A stretch of 35,128 nt of DNA, taken from assembly GCF_004010195.1 (NCBI RefSeq), contig NC_057718.1, forward strand, positions 54,779,864 to 54,814,991, in the 5' to 3' direction. Position 1 is the stretch's first letter; the number at the start of each line of letters is the position of its first letter. The notes below the pieces were generated by a model, which saw nothing but the letters and a program-made list of their open reading frames with translations, did no database searches and had not been told where the DNA came from. The translations under genes and the position numbers were made by a program. Shown here one piece after another: positions 1-11,790 of the stretch. The DNA comes from Chiloscyllium plagiosum (lineage: Eukaryota).

Positions 1-199
1 AACTGAGGTATTGTCTAAGACTGCAGGTAGATCAAGGAGTGATGCTCACAATCATACAGGATATCATTTGTCATTTTGATCAGTACCATTCCTGTGGGAG
101 AGACAAAAACCTGATTAGAAGAGCTGTGGGAATAATCCCAGAATTAAAATCCTGTGCCCATCAGATATGATTGAACATGCTGGGGCTTTTTTCTGTCAA

Positions 200-570
200 T
201 AGGAAGATCCAAGTGCTGACCTGTTCAAGGCCTTTATCATTATGAAAGAGGTTATGGGAAAGACACAGAAGATGCTTCCACTTGTGGGCAAGAACAGCTT
301 GAGGAGCCATCAATACAACACAGTCACTAAAAAATCCAGTTAGAATTCAAGAATAACTTCTTTGCTGACAGAATGGAATGCTGGACTCCACAGGAATGAT
401 TGAGATGCATTTACAAGCTAAACAGATTAGATACATTTACAAACAGATTAGATGCATTTACAAGCTAAATAACCATACAAGGGAGAATAGAATACAAGAG
501 TAAGATGATGGAAGAAAGCTAATGTGGAGTATAAACAGCAACACAAGCCTTTGGGCCAAATTACCTGTGT
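200..570 (+). mobile_element. Old CR1 LINE 3' fragment, with short internal tandem duplication (402-470)
   Basis: Degenerate CR1 3' motifs (ctgacctgttcaagg..tttatcattatgaaagagg; gggccaaattacctgtgt). Tandem copies of agatgcatttacaa(gct)aaacagatt. Confidence 0.55.
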
Positions 571-776
571 TTTTTCACTGTAAACAGTGATAGTAGGCAT
601 TTAGGAGACAATAACATGAATCAATCATGTATTTCTCTACACTATTTCTAAAACAAAATCTTTGCTCATTGATGGCTTGTGCTTGACATGCACAATAATT
701 CACGTTAAGTTTATTCCAAGTTAGCACTGGTCTCTGAATATTAGTTTCAGACCTACTCATTAACAAAACCTGAACT

Positions 777-883
777 CTACTCATGGGATGGGAAGTGGCT
801 ATCAACAGCATATGTACTATAATCAGTTCATTTTCCATGACCTATGTTCCAATCCTGGATTTCTGTTTTTTTGTTTCTTGTTT

Positions 884-940
<57 letters not shown>

Positions 941-1077
941 TTATATATAAACACACACACACACACACGTAAACAAAAAACAAAAAAACAGAAATCCAAG
1001 ATTGGAAAATAGGTCATGGAAAATGAACTGATTATAGTATATATGCTATTAATAGCCACTTCCCATCCCATGACTAG
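777..1077. repeat. ~300-bp imperfect inverted repeat (MITE-like fold-back) with central (GT)n / (AC)n
   Basis: 777-885 is the reverse complement of ~969-1077 with few mismatches. (GT)n at 886-936 pairs with (AC)n at 951-968. TA dinucleotides at 778-779 and 1075-1076. Confidence 0.9.
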
Positions 1078-1966
1078 GAAATGCCTGAAATGTTTCACAC
1101 TGTCTCTTTCCAAGTCACATGCGACCATATTTTCTAAGAAGCACGTGGTCATGGTAACATATACTAGAAGCAGGCAAGATTATGCCAGATTTTTCCTCAA
1201 CACTCATTACCACATGTTCATTTCTGAGCTTCTCTGCTTTAAAAGAAAACAAATTACTGCAATAGAGAAATTTTCAAGCATCATGTTTTACCATTCTCTA
1301 TCTGGGCCATTAAGTTTCAAATGTTGCTCCAAATTCCTTAAAGGTGTTTAACTGTAGAAGTTCCCACAGAAAAATGAGAAAAAGCCTTTTTAAATTATTT
1401 CTACATAAACTGTATGTACATTACTACAGTCATCACCTCACCCTTCAAAACTACTCCCCAGACAAACTGTCCTGTATCATTGTAAAATTATGGAATGAAT
1501 GTCAGTTCTTGTCAATTCATTCTTTGTCACTCCTTTTGTAGGGCTGTTGGCATCATCTCATTTCTTCCCGTGTTTTCTTCAAACCTCCCTCAGTCCAGAT
1601 TTCAACGTTAAATCACAACTGATTTTCATTTTTGCTTTTGTTTTAATCCTCAAATTCTTCTTCAATTGCAGCCAGGTAAGAGTATGGTTCATTACCTGGA
1701 TTACACCTCTTCCCACCCTACCCCTTGCAAAAATGCCATCCCGTATTCCCAAGTCCTCCGCCTCATCTGCTCCCAGGAGGACCAGTTCCACCACAGAACC
1801 CACCAGATGGCCTCCTTCTTTAGAGACCGCATATTTCCTTCCCACGTGGTTAAAGATGCCCTCCAACGCATCTCGTCCACATCCCGCACCTCCGCCCTCA
1901 GACCCCACCCCTCCAACCGTAACAAGGACAGAACGCCCCTGGTGCTCACCTTCCACCCTACCAACC

Positions 1967-2509
1967 NNNNNNNNNNNNNNNNNNNNNNNNNNNNNNNNNN
2001 NNNNNNNNNNNNNNNNNNNNNNNNNNNNNNNNNNNNNNNNNNNNNNNNNNNNNNNNNNNNNNNNNNNNNNNNNNNNNNNNNNNNNNNNNNNNNNNNNNNN
2101 NNNNNNNNNNNNNNNNNNNNNNNNNNNNNNNNNNNNNNNNNNNNNNNNNNNNNNNNNNNNNNNNNNNNNNNNNNNNNNNNNNNNNNNNNNNNNNNNNNNN
2201 NNNNNNNNNNNNNNNNNNNNNNNNNNNNNNNNNNNNNNNNNNNNNNNNNNNNNNNNNNNNNNNNNNNNNNNNNNNNNNNNNNNNNNNNNNNNNNNNNNNN
2301 NNNNNNNNNNNNNNNNNNNNNNNNNNNNNNNNNNNNNNNNNNNNNNNNNNNNNNNNNNNNNNNNNNNNNNNNNNNNNNNNNNNNNNNNNNNNNNNNNNNN
2401 NNNNNNNNNNNNNNNNNNNNNNNNNNNNNNNNNNNNNNNNNNNNNNNNNNNNNNNNNNNNNNNNNNNNNNNNNNNNNNNNNNNNNNNNNNNNNNNNNNNN
2501 NNNNNNNNN
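1967..2509. other. Assembly gap (543 N)
   Basis: Run of N. Confidence 1.
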
Positions 2510-2555
2510 ACCCGCCTCCAGCTTATCTCTCCACGCTTCAGGCTCACTGCTTTTA

Positions 2556-2590
2556 TTCCTGATGAAGGGCTTTTGCCCGAAACGTTGATT
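2556..2590 (+). ncRNA. Minimal hammerhead ribozyme core in PLE tail
   Basis: CTGATGA-A-GGGC(TTTT)GCCC-GAAAC-GTT. The cleavage triplet is GUU here and GUC in sister copies. Confidence 0.7.
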
Positions 2591-3419
2591 TTACTGCTCC
2601 TCGGATGCTGCCTGAACTGCTGTGCTCTTCCAGCACCACTAATCCAGAATCTGGTTTCCAGCATCTGTAGTCATTGTTTTTACCTCATTGGAAATCATGT
2701 CCATACTTGGCTCTCTTTCTCTCTGCAACTCTACACAAAGTTTTATTTTTTATTCTTGATCTTGTTGGACTGACACGTCTTGAATTAGGCATCAAAATCT
2801 TTTCAAAGACTTGAGTTTTATTGTAAATTTATAGTTTCAAACACTAACTTCCGTCTTTACCTTCCAGCCAATTGGGTCACAAGCTTCCCACCCTCAGGAT
2901 GCATTCTGCACCAGTGCCAATGCCCAGATGACATACAGCCCTGCCCTGTTTTTATCCTCCCTCCCTTTCACGCTCTCTCTCTCTAGATCATGCATTCCTG
3001 ACCCTGGTTGCTTCATCAGGTTTTCTGTTACCAGGGTATATGAAGAGCTTGGCTGAAAACTCATGGCCAGTAACTGGCACACATTATGTTGTATGTCTAT
3101 TTCGAAGCACTTTATGTTGAAAGCCTGGTCTTTGACTGTGAACCAAGCAGCCATTCCTCCACTGCCAAACTGCTGCCAGGGGCCAATGCCAACATGCTTT
3201 GCTTCTACAACAACTGGTCACCCAACATTAGACATCAGATTCTCAACCTGCACTTGCAAACAATTTTTCAAACTGGCATGCAGTATAAAAAAACTGAACA
3301 TTCAGCGAACATTACTATGCTGCTTTGCAACAATTTTATTTTGTGGGCATCTATGATTGACTGTTAAAATGGGGCTATATTAGAAAATTTGGTTACTGCT
3401 GTACAGTATACACATTTAG

Positions 3420-4550
3420 AATTGTCTATAAGAAGTTTCTATGCAATGCAGGCACTGGGCTCTGCAATGCCCTTATAGACGAGGGAAGGATCAGTGAAAA
3501 GATAGCACCAGACATTTAAGGAGATATTTTCTAACATTAAATAAAGACAATCTGAGTAAAGACAAAAGATTCTCAAAAGATGCAGCATCCATAACCAACT
3601 AAGGAAGCTTAAGATGGTATCGAATTGAAAGAAAATAATTCAACAATAATTCAGAAGACTGGCAAAAAAAATGTTTAAAAATGTAATAAGCAGCAAGAAA
3701 TTAGAATACTCAAAAAGGTAGTTGTGAAAAGAAGAACAAATAAACAAATTCTAACATCTTGTGTAGAAAAAGAGAGTTAACATGTGTTTGGGGAATTAAT
3801 AATAGGTGGCAATAAGGAAACGGTCAAAGTGTTAAAGGTATAGAACGTGTCTGTCCTCATTGAAAACAGCAAAGGATTTGCAAGAAATATTTGCAAATCA
3901 AGAGTATAAAGGAAGGGAACAATTACAATCACAACCAGAAGGTTACTAAGAAAACTAGTAAAACAAAAGCATGGACAGAGAATTGACTAATGGGCAGGAA
4001 ACAGCAAGGGAATAAGGGGTCCTTTTTCAGGTTGGTGACCTGTGACTAGTGAGGTTCCACAAAGACCGGGGCAGGGAGCGGATTGATTATGGTGGCGAGA
4101 TATTCTTCAGAGTGTTGGTGTGGACTTGTTGGGCCAAATGGCTTATTTCCGCACTGTAGGGATTCTGTGACCTAAACAGGTTGAAACTCTACTCATTGGA
4201 ATTTACAGTGAGAAGTGATCTAATTATGACAAATAGGATTCTTAAGAGGTCTGACAAGGTAAATGCAGAGTTGATGTTTCAACTCATGGAACAGTCCAGC
4301 ACCAGAGTGTATAGTACCAGAATGGGTGCCAATTTAACAGAGATGAGGAAGAATTTCATCTTGCAAAGGGTCGAGATCTTTGAAACTCTTGCCAGAGAGC
4401 TTTAGGCGCAGAGTCCTTGTGAATATTTAACAAAGATCGATAGATCCTTGATCAGTAAGTGAACCAAGGGTTGAGGAAAGGGGTCCTACTGAATGGTGAG
4501 AGTTGCCTAAAGGGTCTGATTGGCCCACGCCTGTTCCTATGTCTTATGCA
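3420..4550 (+). mobile_element. Decayed CR1 LINE fragments
   Basis: Degenerate CR1 ORF2 motifs (ggttggtgacctgtgactagtgaggttccacaa; KLYSLEF..RSDLIMTNRILKRSDKVNAELMF) and a 3' tail cctgttcctatgtcttatg. Confidence 0.6.
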
Positions 4551-4804
4551 AAGGCTGACATGTCACGAGGACATGACTGACTTAATCCTATAACCCCAAA
4601 AGAAATGACTGCAGACATAAAAAGATGCATTAAAAAACAATTTTCCAAAATTCTCTCACTTTTGGAAAGGTTCCATTAGATTTGAAATAGTAGGTGGAAT
4701 TTCTACTCAAGGAGGAAAAAAAGCAGGTAACTACATACCAGTTGTTATCTTGACACCTATCAAGGAGAAAGACCAGAATATATTCTAAAGCTCAGGTTAC
4801 ACAC

Positions 4805-4911
4805 AGTCATAGAAATGTACAGCACAGAAACAAACCCTTCGGTCCAACTCGTCCATGCCGACCAGATATCCCAACCCAATCTAGTCCCACCTGCCAGCAC
4901 CTGGCCCATAT
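4805..4911 (-). mobile_element. CR1 LINE 3' tail (young family, same as 27209-27690)
   Basis: agtcatagaaatgtacagcacagaaacaaacccttcggtccaactcgtccatgccgaccagatatcccaacccaatctagtcccacc is nearly identical to 27212-27320. Confidence 0.85.
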
Positions 4912-4914
4912 CCT

Positions 4915-6110
4915 GACAGGGCATTTAGGAAATCTCAACTTAATTAGGCAGACGCAATATGGTTTTGAGAAGAAGAAATCATATTTGATTAAGTTGAGAA
5001 AGTAAGTAATGTGGATAATGTGGAACCTGTAAAACATGATGTCCTTGGATTGACAAAAACAAACACTTGATATGACTCAAAGACTCTTACCTTTTGTATA
5101 GAGTTATGATGCAGGGGTAACATAATAATGTAAATAAAGAACTGGTCAAATAACAGGAAACAGAAGTGGGATAAATGGGTTACTTTCAGGTTGAAAATGC
5201 TAAACAACGGAGTGTGACAAGATTGACATTTGGGACCTCAACTATTTACAGGTTATAGTAATGACTCAGATAAAGGGACCAAATGAATACATGCTAAATT
5301 TGGTGTAGACAAAAGGTTGGTAAGAAATTAAATTGTTATGCATTTTTGTAGACAAAGAGTCTACAAAGGGATATAGATAGGTTAAGTGGGTAGGCAACAA
5401 AATGATAGGAAGAATAAGGTGTATATTGTTTAAATGGAGAATCATTTCTGCAGTACACAAATGGGTTCAAGTGCCCTGGTTCATGATTAAAAAAGGTTAG
5501 CTTGCAGGTGCAGAAAGTGATAGGAAGGCAAATGGAAACGATTAGTGCAAAGAGAATGGAATGTACAAGTATGAGAGCTTTGTTTCAATTGCATAGAATG
5601 TTGGTGTGACCACATCTGAAGTACAGCATAGTTTTTAAAATCCATTTTGAGAAGGTATATTAAAGCTTCAGAAGCAGTTCAGAATTTGATACTTGACCAA
5701 TAACTGGGATAAAAAGGTTATTTTATGGGAAAGACTTGGTCAAGTAAGTGGAATGAATGCAGCCCTCTGTTTAGTGATTTAATACAAGATCCCACAGAGA
5801 AATAAGAGGATGGGTACTGAGAGAAAATTTCCCGTTGTGGTAAAGACTAGAACTTCAGTGCACAGATTCAAAATAAGGGGCTCCCTTCAATTGAGAGAAA
5901 TGAAATTATTTTTGAGGAATTCTCTTCCCCAGAGAGGCAGGGTTATTGAATATTTTAAGGCAAAGTTCAAAAGATACTCCAGTGACAGGAAATCAAAACG
6001 TATATAGAATGGAATTAATGCAGTCATCAGATCAGTCATGACATAATCAAATGCCAAACCAGCTTGGGGATCAAATGACCTATTAATCCCCTTAATTTCT
6101 TTGTCCATAC
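4915..6110 (+). mobile_element. Decayed CR1 LINE (RT to 3' end)
   Basis: Degenerate RT motifs (caatatggtttt..aaatcatatttgatta; gctaaatttggtgtagacaaaagg) and CR1 3' region, with many stops. Confidence 0.6.
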
Positions 6111-6555
6111 GCTCGGTTAATTCAAGTTTTAGAAATTTAAATAAGTTGCTAACATACAAGTTGAACGTGAAAGAAAGGTAGAGTATGTGACTTCAGTTAT
6201 AGCAGCATAATCTGGTTTAGGTACCCTTTACCCATTTCAGAATAATCAATGTCACTGGAGATCAATTAATGATATATTTTATAAACAGTTAGGTGACCTA
6301 CTCCCTCATATGTCAGTGATGTAGATACCTACATACACAAATACAGTGTACAAGGGAAATATCCAGAAAGTATAATCATATAGATATGGACACCACGACC
6401 GTCTCCCATCTTTGAACTGAAAGCTCAGTTGCCTAAATTTTTGGAGAGAGAAATAAGATGACCTTTGCAAAGATCTTTTAATCAGGAAAAATATTTTTAA
6501 AATGGCAAATAGAATTCTTCTATTGAAATGGAAAAATTACGCAGCTACAATTTTA

Positions 6556-6806
6556 TTACCACTGCTGCCCCTCAGCGCCAAAGACACAGGTTCAATTCCC
6601 GCCTCAGGCGACTGACTGTGTGGAGTTCTCCCTGTGCCTGCATGAGTTTGTCCGGGTGCTCCAGTTTCCTCTCTCAGTCCAAAAGTGTGCAGGTTAGGTG
6701 AATTGGCCGTAGTGTTCGGTGTAGGGGAATGGGTCTGGGTAGGTTGCGGTTCGGTGTGGACTTGTTCGGCCGAAGGGCCTGTTTCCATACTGTAAGTAAT
6801 CTAATC
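6556..6806 (+). mobile_element. tRNA-derived SINE (HE1-like shark SINE)
   Basis: B-box-like GGTTCAATTCCC, core gactgtgtggagtt..ctccagtttcctc, CR1-like tail ggccgaagggcctgtttccatactgtaa with aatct repeats. Confidence 0.85.
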
Positions 6807-8799
6807 ACACAATAACGTTATTCTGTTCAGGATCCTTCTGAAGTACGTTTTAGGAAACTGAAATTTGACAAGTTTTTCTCTATGTTATTAACAGACAATT
6901 GCTGTAAAAGTATAAATTCATAAACTATGCACTTCAGGCTAAAATTGCAACTATTTTGAGCAAAAGGAGCTTCAGTTTACCAATGGTTTGAAACATTCCA
7001 ACATTATTTTTCTCAGAACCAGTTTCAAGTTCCATGAAGGACATCCTGAAAAAACAAAGGTTCCAAGTGTATATCAAAGTCAGGATGACAGTGGAAATTT
7101 CTCATTTTACCAACAGTACACTTAAGGAAAAGTAGCATCAAGAACCTATAGCAAACTCAGGCAGTGTCAGTGATGTACTAGTGAGAATGTGTATAGGGTA
7201 TATGCAGGTAGGGAAAGAGATAAGTTCTGAGTTTTGTGAAACAAGAGCCTCAGCTGAGCATGACTCAGATAAGAACTTAGTTAACAATGGGGTGTTGGAG
7301 GCAAGGGTAATGGGCTAACAAGATGGAAAAGTATTATGTAGAGCCATTTAACAATATTGAAGCATTCAGTATGTAAGGTCAGTTTAACAAGGTGAAAAGT
7401 ATTCATTCTGTGAAGCCAGTTAAGGTTAAAAACATTCATTATGTAAAACCAGATGGCTTAATCTTTGCTATTGACACTTGCTGATTGTAAAGGTCATCAA
7501 TCAATATGCATGCTGCCTTATTTGGATGCTCCTTCTTGTAAAATGACGATACAATTCATTACAGACGACCATTCTCTCTCCCGCCAGGGCTCGGAATAAA
7601 GATAAAGGATGTAAAGCTATACTATGTCTCTGAGCGTTTTGCTATGACTGAGTGGGGAAACAGGACGACACTAGCACCTGAAGAAATGGTTACACTACCA
7701 ACAATTCATACTCAACCTGAAAACTGGCAAAATCCAAAATCTACACCAATTTAGCCCCAAGCTCTTTGAGACAACTATTTCTGCATGCGTTTAATCCAGG
7801 TTGAACGGGAAGCCAATATTGAACTTTCTGGTTCAATCTGAGTGACCTGCTGAGAAATATGGTAGCATTGGTGACTAAGATGGTTTTGTTCCAGATGATG
7901 CACAGATGAAAAAATCTATTGCTGAATTTGAAACTTGATTGGCTGATTGGACACCATAGCGGCAATCATGAAACTGAAGGCAGTGATGGAGAGTTAATGA
8001 GGACTGCTGCCAGTCTACCCAAGAAATGTTAGCCTACACTTTTGGATAAAGCTACCAAGAAGCAATCTACAGATGAATACAAGGATAGAATGGAAATGGA
8101 ATCTTAGAGCTCACCGATTATGCAGGATGAGCAATTATGTGACAGTTATATTAAAACTAACTGAATTGGAACCAGGAAAAGGGGATTAACATCTGGTAGA
8201 GTAATCAACCAAGTTTGCAGATAGGTTGGGGAGAATAACATGATGTACTGCCGTTGCACCAATACTTTTCAGTGGCATCTGTTGTGGGCATAATATATCC
8301 TGATCGGAAGGCTTTCAGACAATGAAGGAAGCATTCAGTATGTCAGGTCAGTAGGGAGGCTGATATTTGGATAAAAATGTATTTTGAATGTTTGTTGAAG
8401 AGGGGAAAATAATGTGGAATTTTTGCAGCAATTTTATGACCTCAAGATGTCCAGAATGCTTTGCCACTAATGAACTTCGCTTCAAGTATACTCAATTATA
8501 ATGTGAAAATGTGACAGCTGATTAATGCATAAGAAGCTCCAACAAACAGCAATGTGATAATGACCAGATGATCTGTTTTGCTGATCTTGACACAAGGAAA
8601 GTATTTATGTGGATTCTGAGAAAGAACTGCCCTATTCTTTGAAGTAGGGTCTTGTGATGATTCACATCTACATTAGCAGCATGCAGCTGAGATGTTATCA
8701 AAGAGCATGTAAGTTGGCATCTAATAAGATAGTACTGCACTGAAGTGTCAAGCAATGTGTTTTGCTTAAGCATATGAAGTGGTTGTGTTTAATGGTGAA

Positions 8800-9262
8800 C
8801 TATTGTCGAAAAAAAATGGACAAAGGCGATCAAGAGAAGGGCATAATTCCTAATGAAATTCAACAATTGGTGAGCATTGAACCAAACAATTAGTTAACAA
8901 TATGTGGAGTCGTGGAAAGTGAGGAAGTTTCTCAAGGGTTGAAGCAAGTTATTGGTTAGTTGAAAAGTTGGGCGGAGAAATGGCAGATGGAGTTCCATCT
9001 GGACAAGTGAGGTGATGCAATTTCAGAGGTCAAATGCAAGAGGAAAGTATACATCAAATAGCAAGAGATGGAAATGTGTTGCTGGAAAAGCGCAGCAGGT
9101 CAGGCAGCATCTAGGGAACAGGAGAATCGACGTTTCGGGCATTAGCCCTTCTTCTCCTGAAGGAATCAACCATATGAAGATAAGATTATTTTAGAATGGC
9201 ATTACAGTTGGTACAGTCACGATGGGCCAAAGGACCTGTTTGTGTGCAGTACTGTTCTATGT
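8800..9262 (+). mobile_element. CR1 LINE fragments interrupted by a PLE tail
   Basis: gggcggagaaatggcagatggagtt..aagtgaggtgatgca (WQMEF motif) and 3' tail gggccaaaggacctgtt..ctgttctatgt. Confidence 0.6.
9071..9154 (-). mobile_element. Solo PLE tail truncated inside the hammerhead core
   Basis: Minus strand reads gaagaagggctaatgcccgaaacgtcgattctcctgttccctagatgctgcc; the CT of CUGAnGA is missing. Confidence 0.8.
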
Positions 9263-9345
9263 AAGCCAGATATTCCTCTTCATAATTTACTTTTCTTGAA
9301 TAATAAAAATGATAATTCAGGAAACCTTGAATGATCCTGAAATCA

Positions 9346-9437
9346 TAGCTGAAAATGTGTTGCTGGAAAAGCGCAGCAGGTCAGGCAGCATCCAAGGAGC
9401 AGGAGAATCGACGTTTCAGACATGAGCCCTTCTTCAG
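9346..9437 (-). mobile_element. Solo PLE tail with hammerhead core and 13-bp target-site duplication
   Basis: GATCCTGAAATCA at 9333-9345 and 9438-9450. Minus strand reads CTGAAGA-A-GGGC(TCAT)GTCT-GAAAC-GTC-GAT. Confidence 0.85.
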
Positions 9438-9646
9438 GATCCTGAAATCAGTAAAGCAAATGGAAGAAAATGCATCTCTCCTTTCACACCTTTTAGCTAC
9501 TTGAGAAAAGGCAAAAGCAGGAGATCCTCACCCAGCTATTGCAGTGAAGAATCAATATTTACAGTTTTTTTTGACAACTGAAGTAGTGAGTAGCTCATAG
9601 ATTTTGAAGTTCTCTGCCCACAGCTAGCAAAATTTTGAAAATATAT

Positions 9647-10247
9647 TGTGACGAAGCTGCTCCTTTAACATGGTTATTGTTGTCCTTAAGTTTTATTTTA
9701 TTCAGAGAGGTCGTAAAAGACACAGACTCCAAGAACTCTAAATTGAAGGGCCAGTTTGATTATAACTAACAGAAACTGCCTCATGCAACAGGCTTTCCAA
9801 GTTTTTGAAGAAAAAACTAGTACAATGAAAGGGGAGAGGCCAGTTCCACCAACTCAGCTTTTCTCTGGCTTGATTGAAAAGGGCTGCAAGACCCAAAAGA
9901 AGCAGGTCTGTGCTGATCACTCTCTGACTTCTCTCCTGTAAGAACCTGTGTTTGATTTTACCACCAAAGGGTGTTTCTGGGGATTGTTGCAAGTACTGGG
10001 AACAGCATCATTAAGTTGGGATAATCTGTTGGGTTTTTCGGATAGATTAAGTTATTCTGTATTCTGTTCTCTTTTGTTTGTTTTTCATTCAATAATCTTG
10101 TAAATAAATTGTTTTGTTTAAAACTACATGGTTGAGCCAGCTGCATTTCTCCTAGAATATCCACATTAACTTTACTAGTTTTAAGCAGATGTAGAGTCTG
10201 GGCTAAGTGCTTGAAATGTTTTAAGGGGTCTGGCCTGGTCCATAACA
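9647..10247 (+). mobile_element. Probable solo LTR
   Basis: About 600 bp, starting TGTGAC and ending ATAACA (TG..CA), with internal AATAAA near 10104. Flanks atat/attt are a near-match 4-bp TSD. Confidence 0.6.
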
Positions 10248-11229
10248 ATTTTACATTGAACCTTTTGCAGTTCTGACAATATTGCAATATTAACCGTCTC
10301 TACCAACCAATAGGTGGTATCTGATCTGAGTATTTTCTGCATTTTCTGTTTTAGTTCAGATTTACATTATTATGCTATTTTAATTTTCTGCCAAATTTCC
10401 ACAAGAGCCATTATACGCAGGAAGATTTCAAGCTTTTTAAAACTTTGAATAAACTGTTCATGAAATTTATATTGCAACTTGACACACACTGAAAAATGAC
10501 CAAGCACAAACTATAAAATAGTCACCATCAAGTCAGCAAACATGGCAACCATTATGTACACTGAAATATTCCATAAGCAGCACTAGGTAATTGATCCACT
10601 TTAAACATGGCACACAAAACATTTCATTAATGTGTAGCCTTACCCAATCTACTGAGTATAATACTGACATAGGGAAATACACTCCAGATCACAGTTCCCA
10701 ACTAAAGTCACAAGCCCAATTCAATTCAAACAAATAGCAAACAGAACTGCAAGCAATGAAATCATCTGGCATTCAAGCCATGATAATAAATTTCAAAGTG
10801 AAGCACAAGACATAACATATGTACTACATTTAGAAGTGAAACAAAACACAGATTTCTGCATGATTTCTGTTACAAACACGACACACCTGTGCCAAAGCAC
10901 AGATTTCTGATGACCAGTTTATTTTTAAATTGCATCCTCAGTCAAATGAATGGCATGATAACTTGAAACTTGCCCAGAAACCCATCATGGCTGGTTACCA
11001 CCCTACACTGAATAGCAGAGCAGACTCAAGGGGTCAAATGGTATACTCCTGCTCCCACCTTCTATGTTTCTACCAGTCCACTTTCATTCATCGGTAATAT
11101 GAATGGAACGGGTCACCACCAACACTTGCTTACCAATAACCTGGTCACTAATACTCAGTTTGGGTTCTGCCAGGATCATTTAGCTCCTAAGCTGAAGAGG
11201 AAGTTTGGCTCTTTTGAGCTCAAAGAACA

Positions 11230-11790
11230 CTTAAGAGGCTTAATATCATTCAGTACAAAACAATCTGCTTAATGGGCACCATATCCACTAACACCCATTC
11301 CCTCTACCACTAACACATATGATCAGCAGCATATGCCACCTACATGATGCACAGCAGAAATTCATCAAGGGACCTCGCAGCACATCCAAACCCACAACCA
11401 CTACCAGTTGGAAGGACAAGGGGGAAAACACATCAGTACATCACCACCTGCAAGTTCCCCTTCAAACCATTCACCTTTCCAACTTAGAAATATATCAGTT
11501 TACTCTGCCACTGCTGTTGGATCAAAATTCTGGTACTCTCTACCTCAAGGCATTGTGGGTGTACCTACACCAAACAGATTGCAATGGTTTAAGAAGGCAA
11601 CTCATCACTTTCAAATGGAACGAGGGATGAGTGATAAATGGATTCTGGATTAGTGGTGCTGGAAGAGCACAGCAGTTCAGGCAGCATCCAAGGAGCTTCA
11701 AAATCGACGTTTCGGGCAAAAGCCCTTCATCAGGAATAAATACTTACCTAACCAATAGTGCAGACATCCCACAAGTGAACAAAAAAAAAC
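11230..11790 (+). mobile_element. CR1/L2-type LINE 3' end, interrupted by a PLE tail
   Basis: aatatcattcagtacaaaac..caccacctgcaagttcccc..gggtgtacctacacca..cacaagtgaacaaaaaaaa. Probably the same family as 15100-15370 and 19935-20240. Confidence 0.6.
11641..11740 (-). mobile_element. Solo PLE tail with intact hammerhead core (11700-11738)
   Basis: Minus strand reads tttattc-CTGATGA-A-GGGC(TTTT)GCCC-GAAAC-GTC-gattttg. Possible 6-bp TSD ATAAAT (11634-11639 and 11736-11741). Confidence 0.85.

Larger units (their letters stand above)
1693..2685 (+). mobile_element. Penelope-like element, 5'-truncated, spanning an assembly gap
   Basis: YLDYTSSHPTPCKNAIPYSQVLRLICSQEDQF...RTPLVLTFHPTN resembles the PLE RT thumb/linker region. 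After the gap comes the PLE 3' tail (cctgatgaagggcttttgcccgaaacg...cagcatctgtagtcattgtttttacct), also seen at 11641 and 17838. Confidence 0.85.

Noticed and set aside
575..1351. Two ORFs sharing the N-terminus MENELIIV.MLLIATSHPM
   Set aside because: Artefact of the 777-1077 inverted repeat.
1499..2773. Long ORFs of 424, 361 and 298 aa
   Set aside because: They are open only because they run through 543 Ns; the real part is a PLE fragment.
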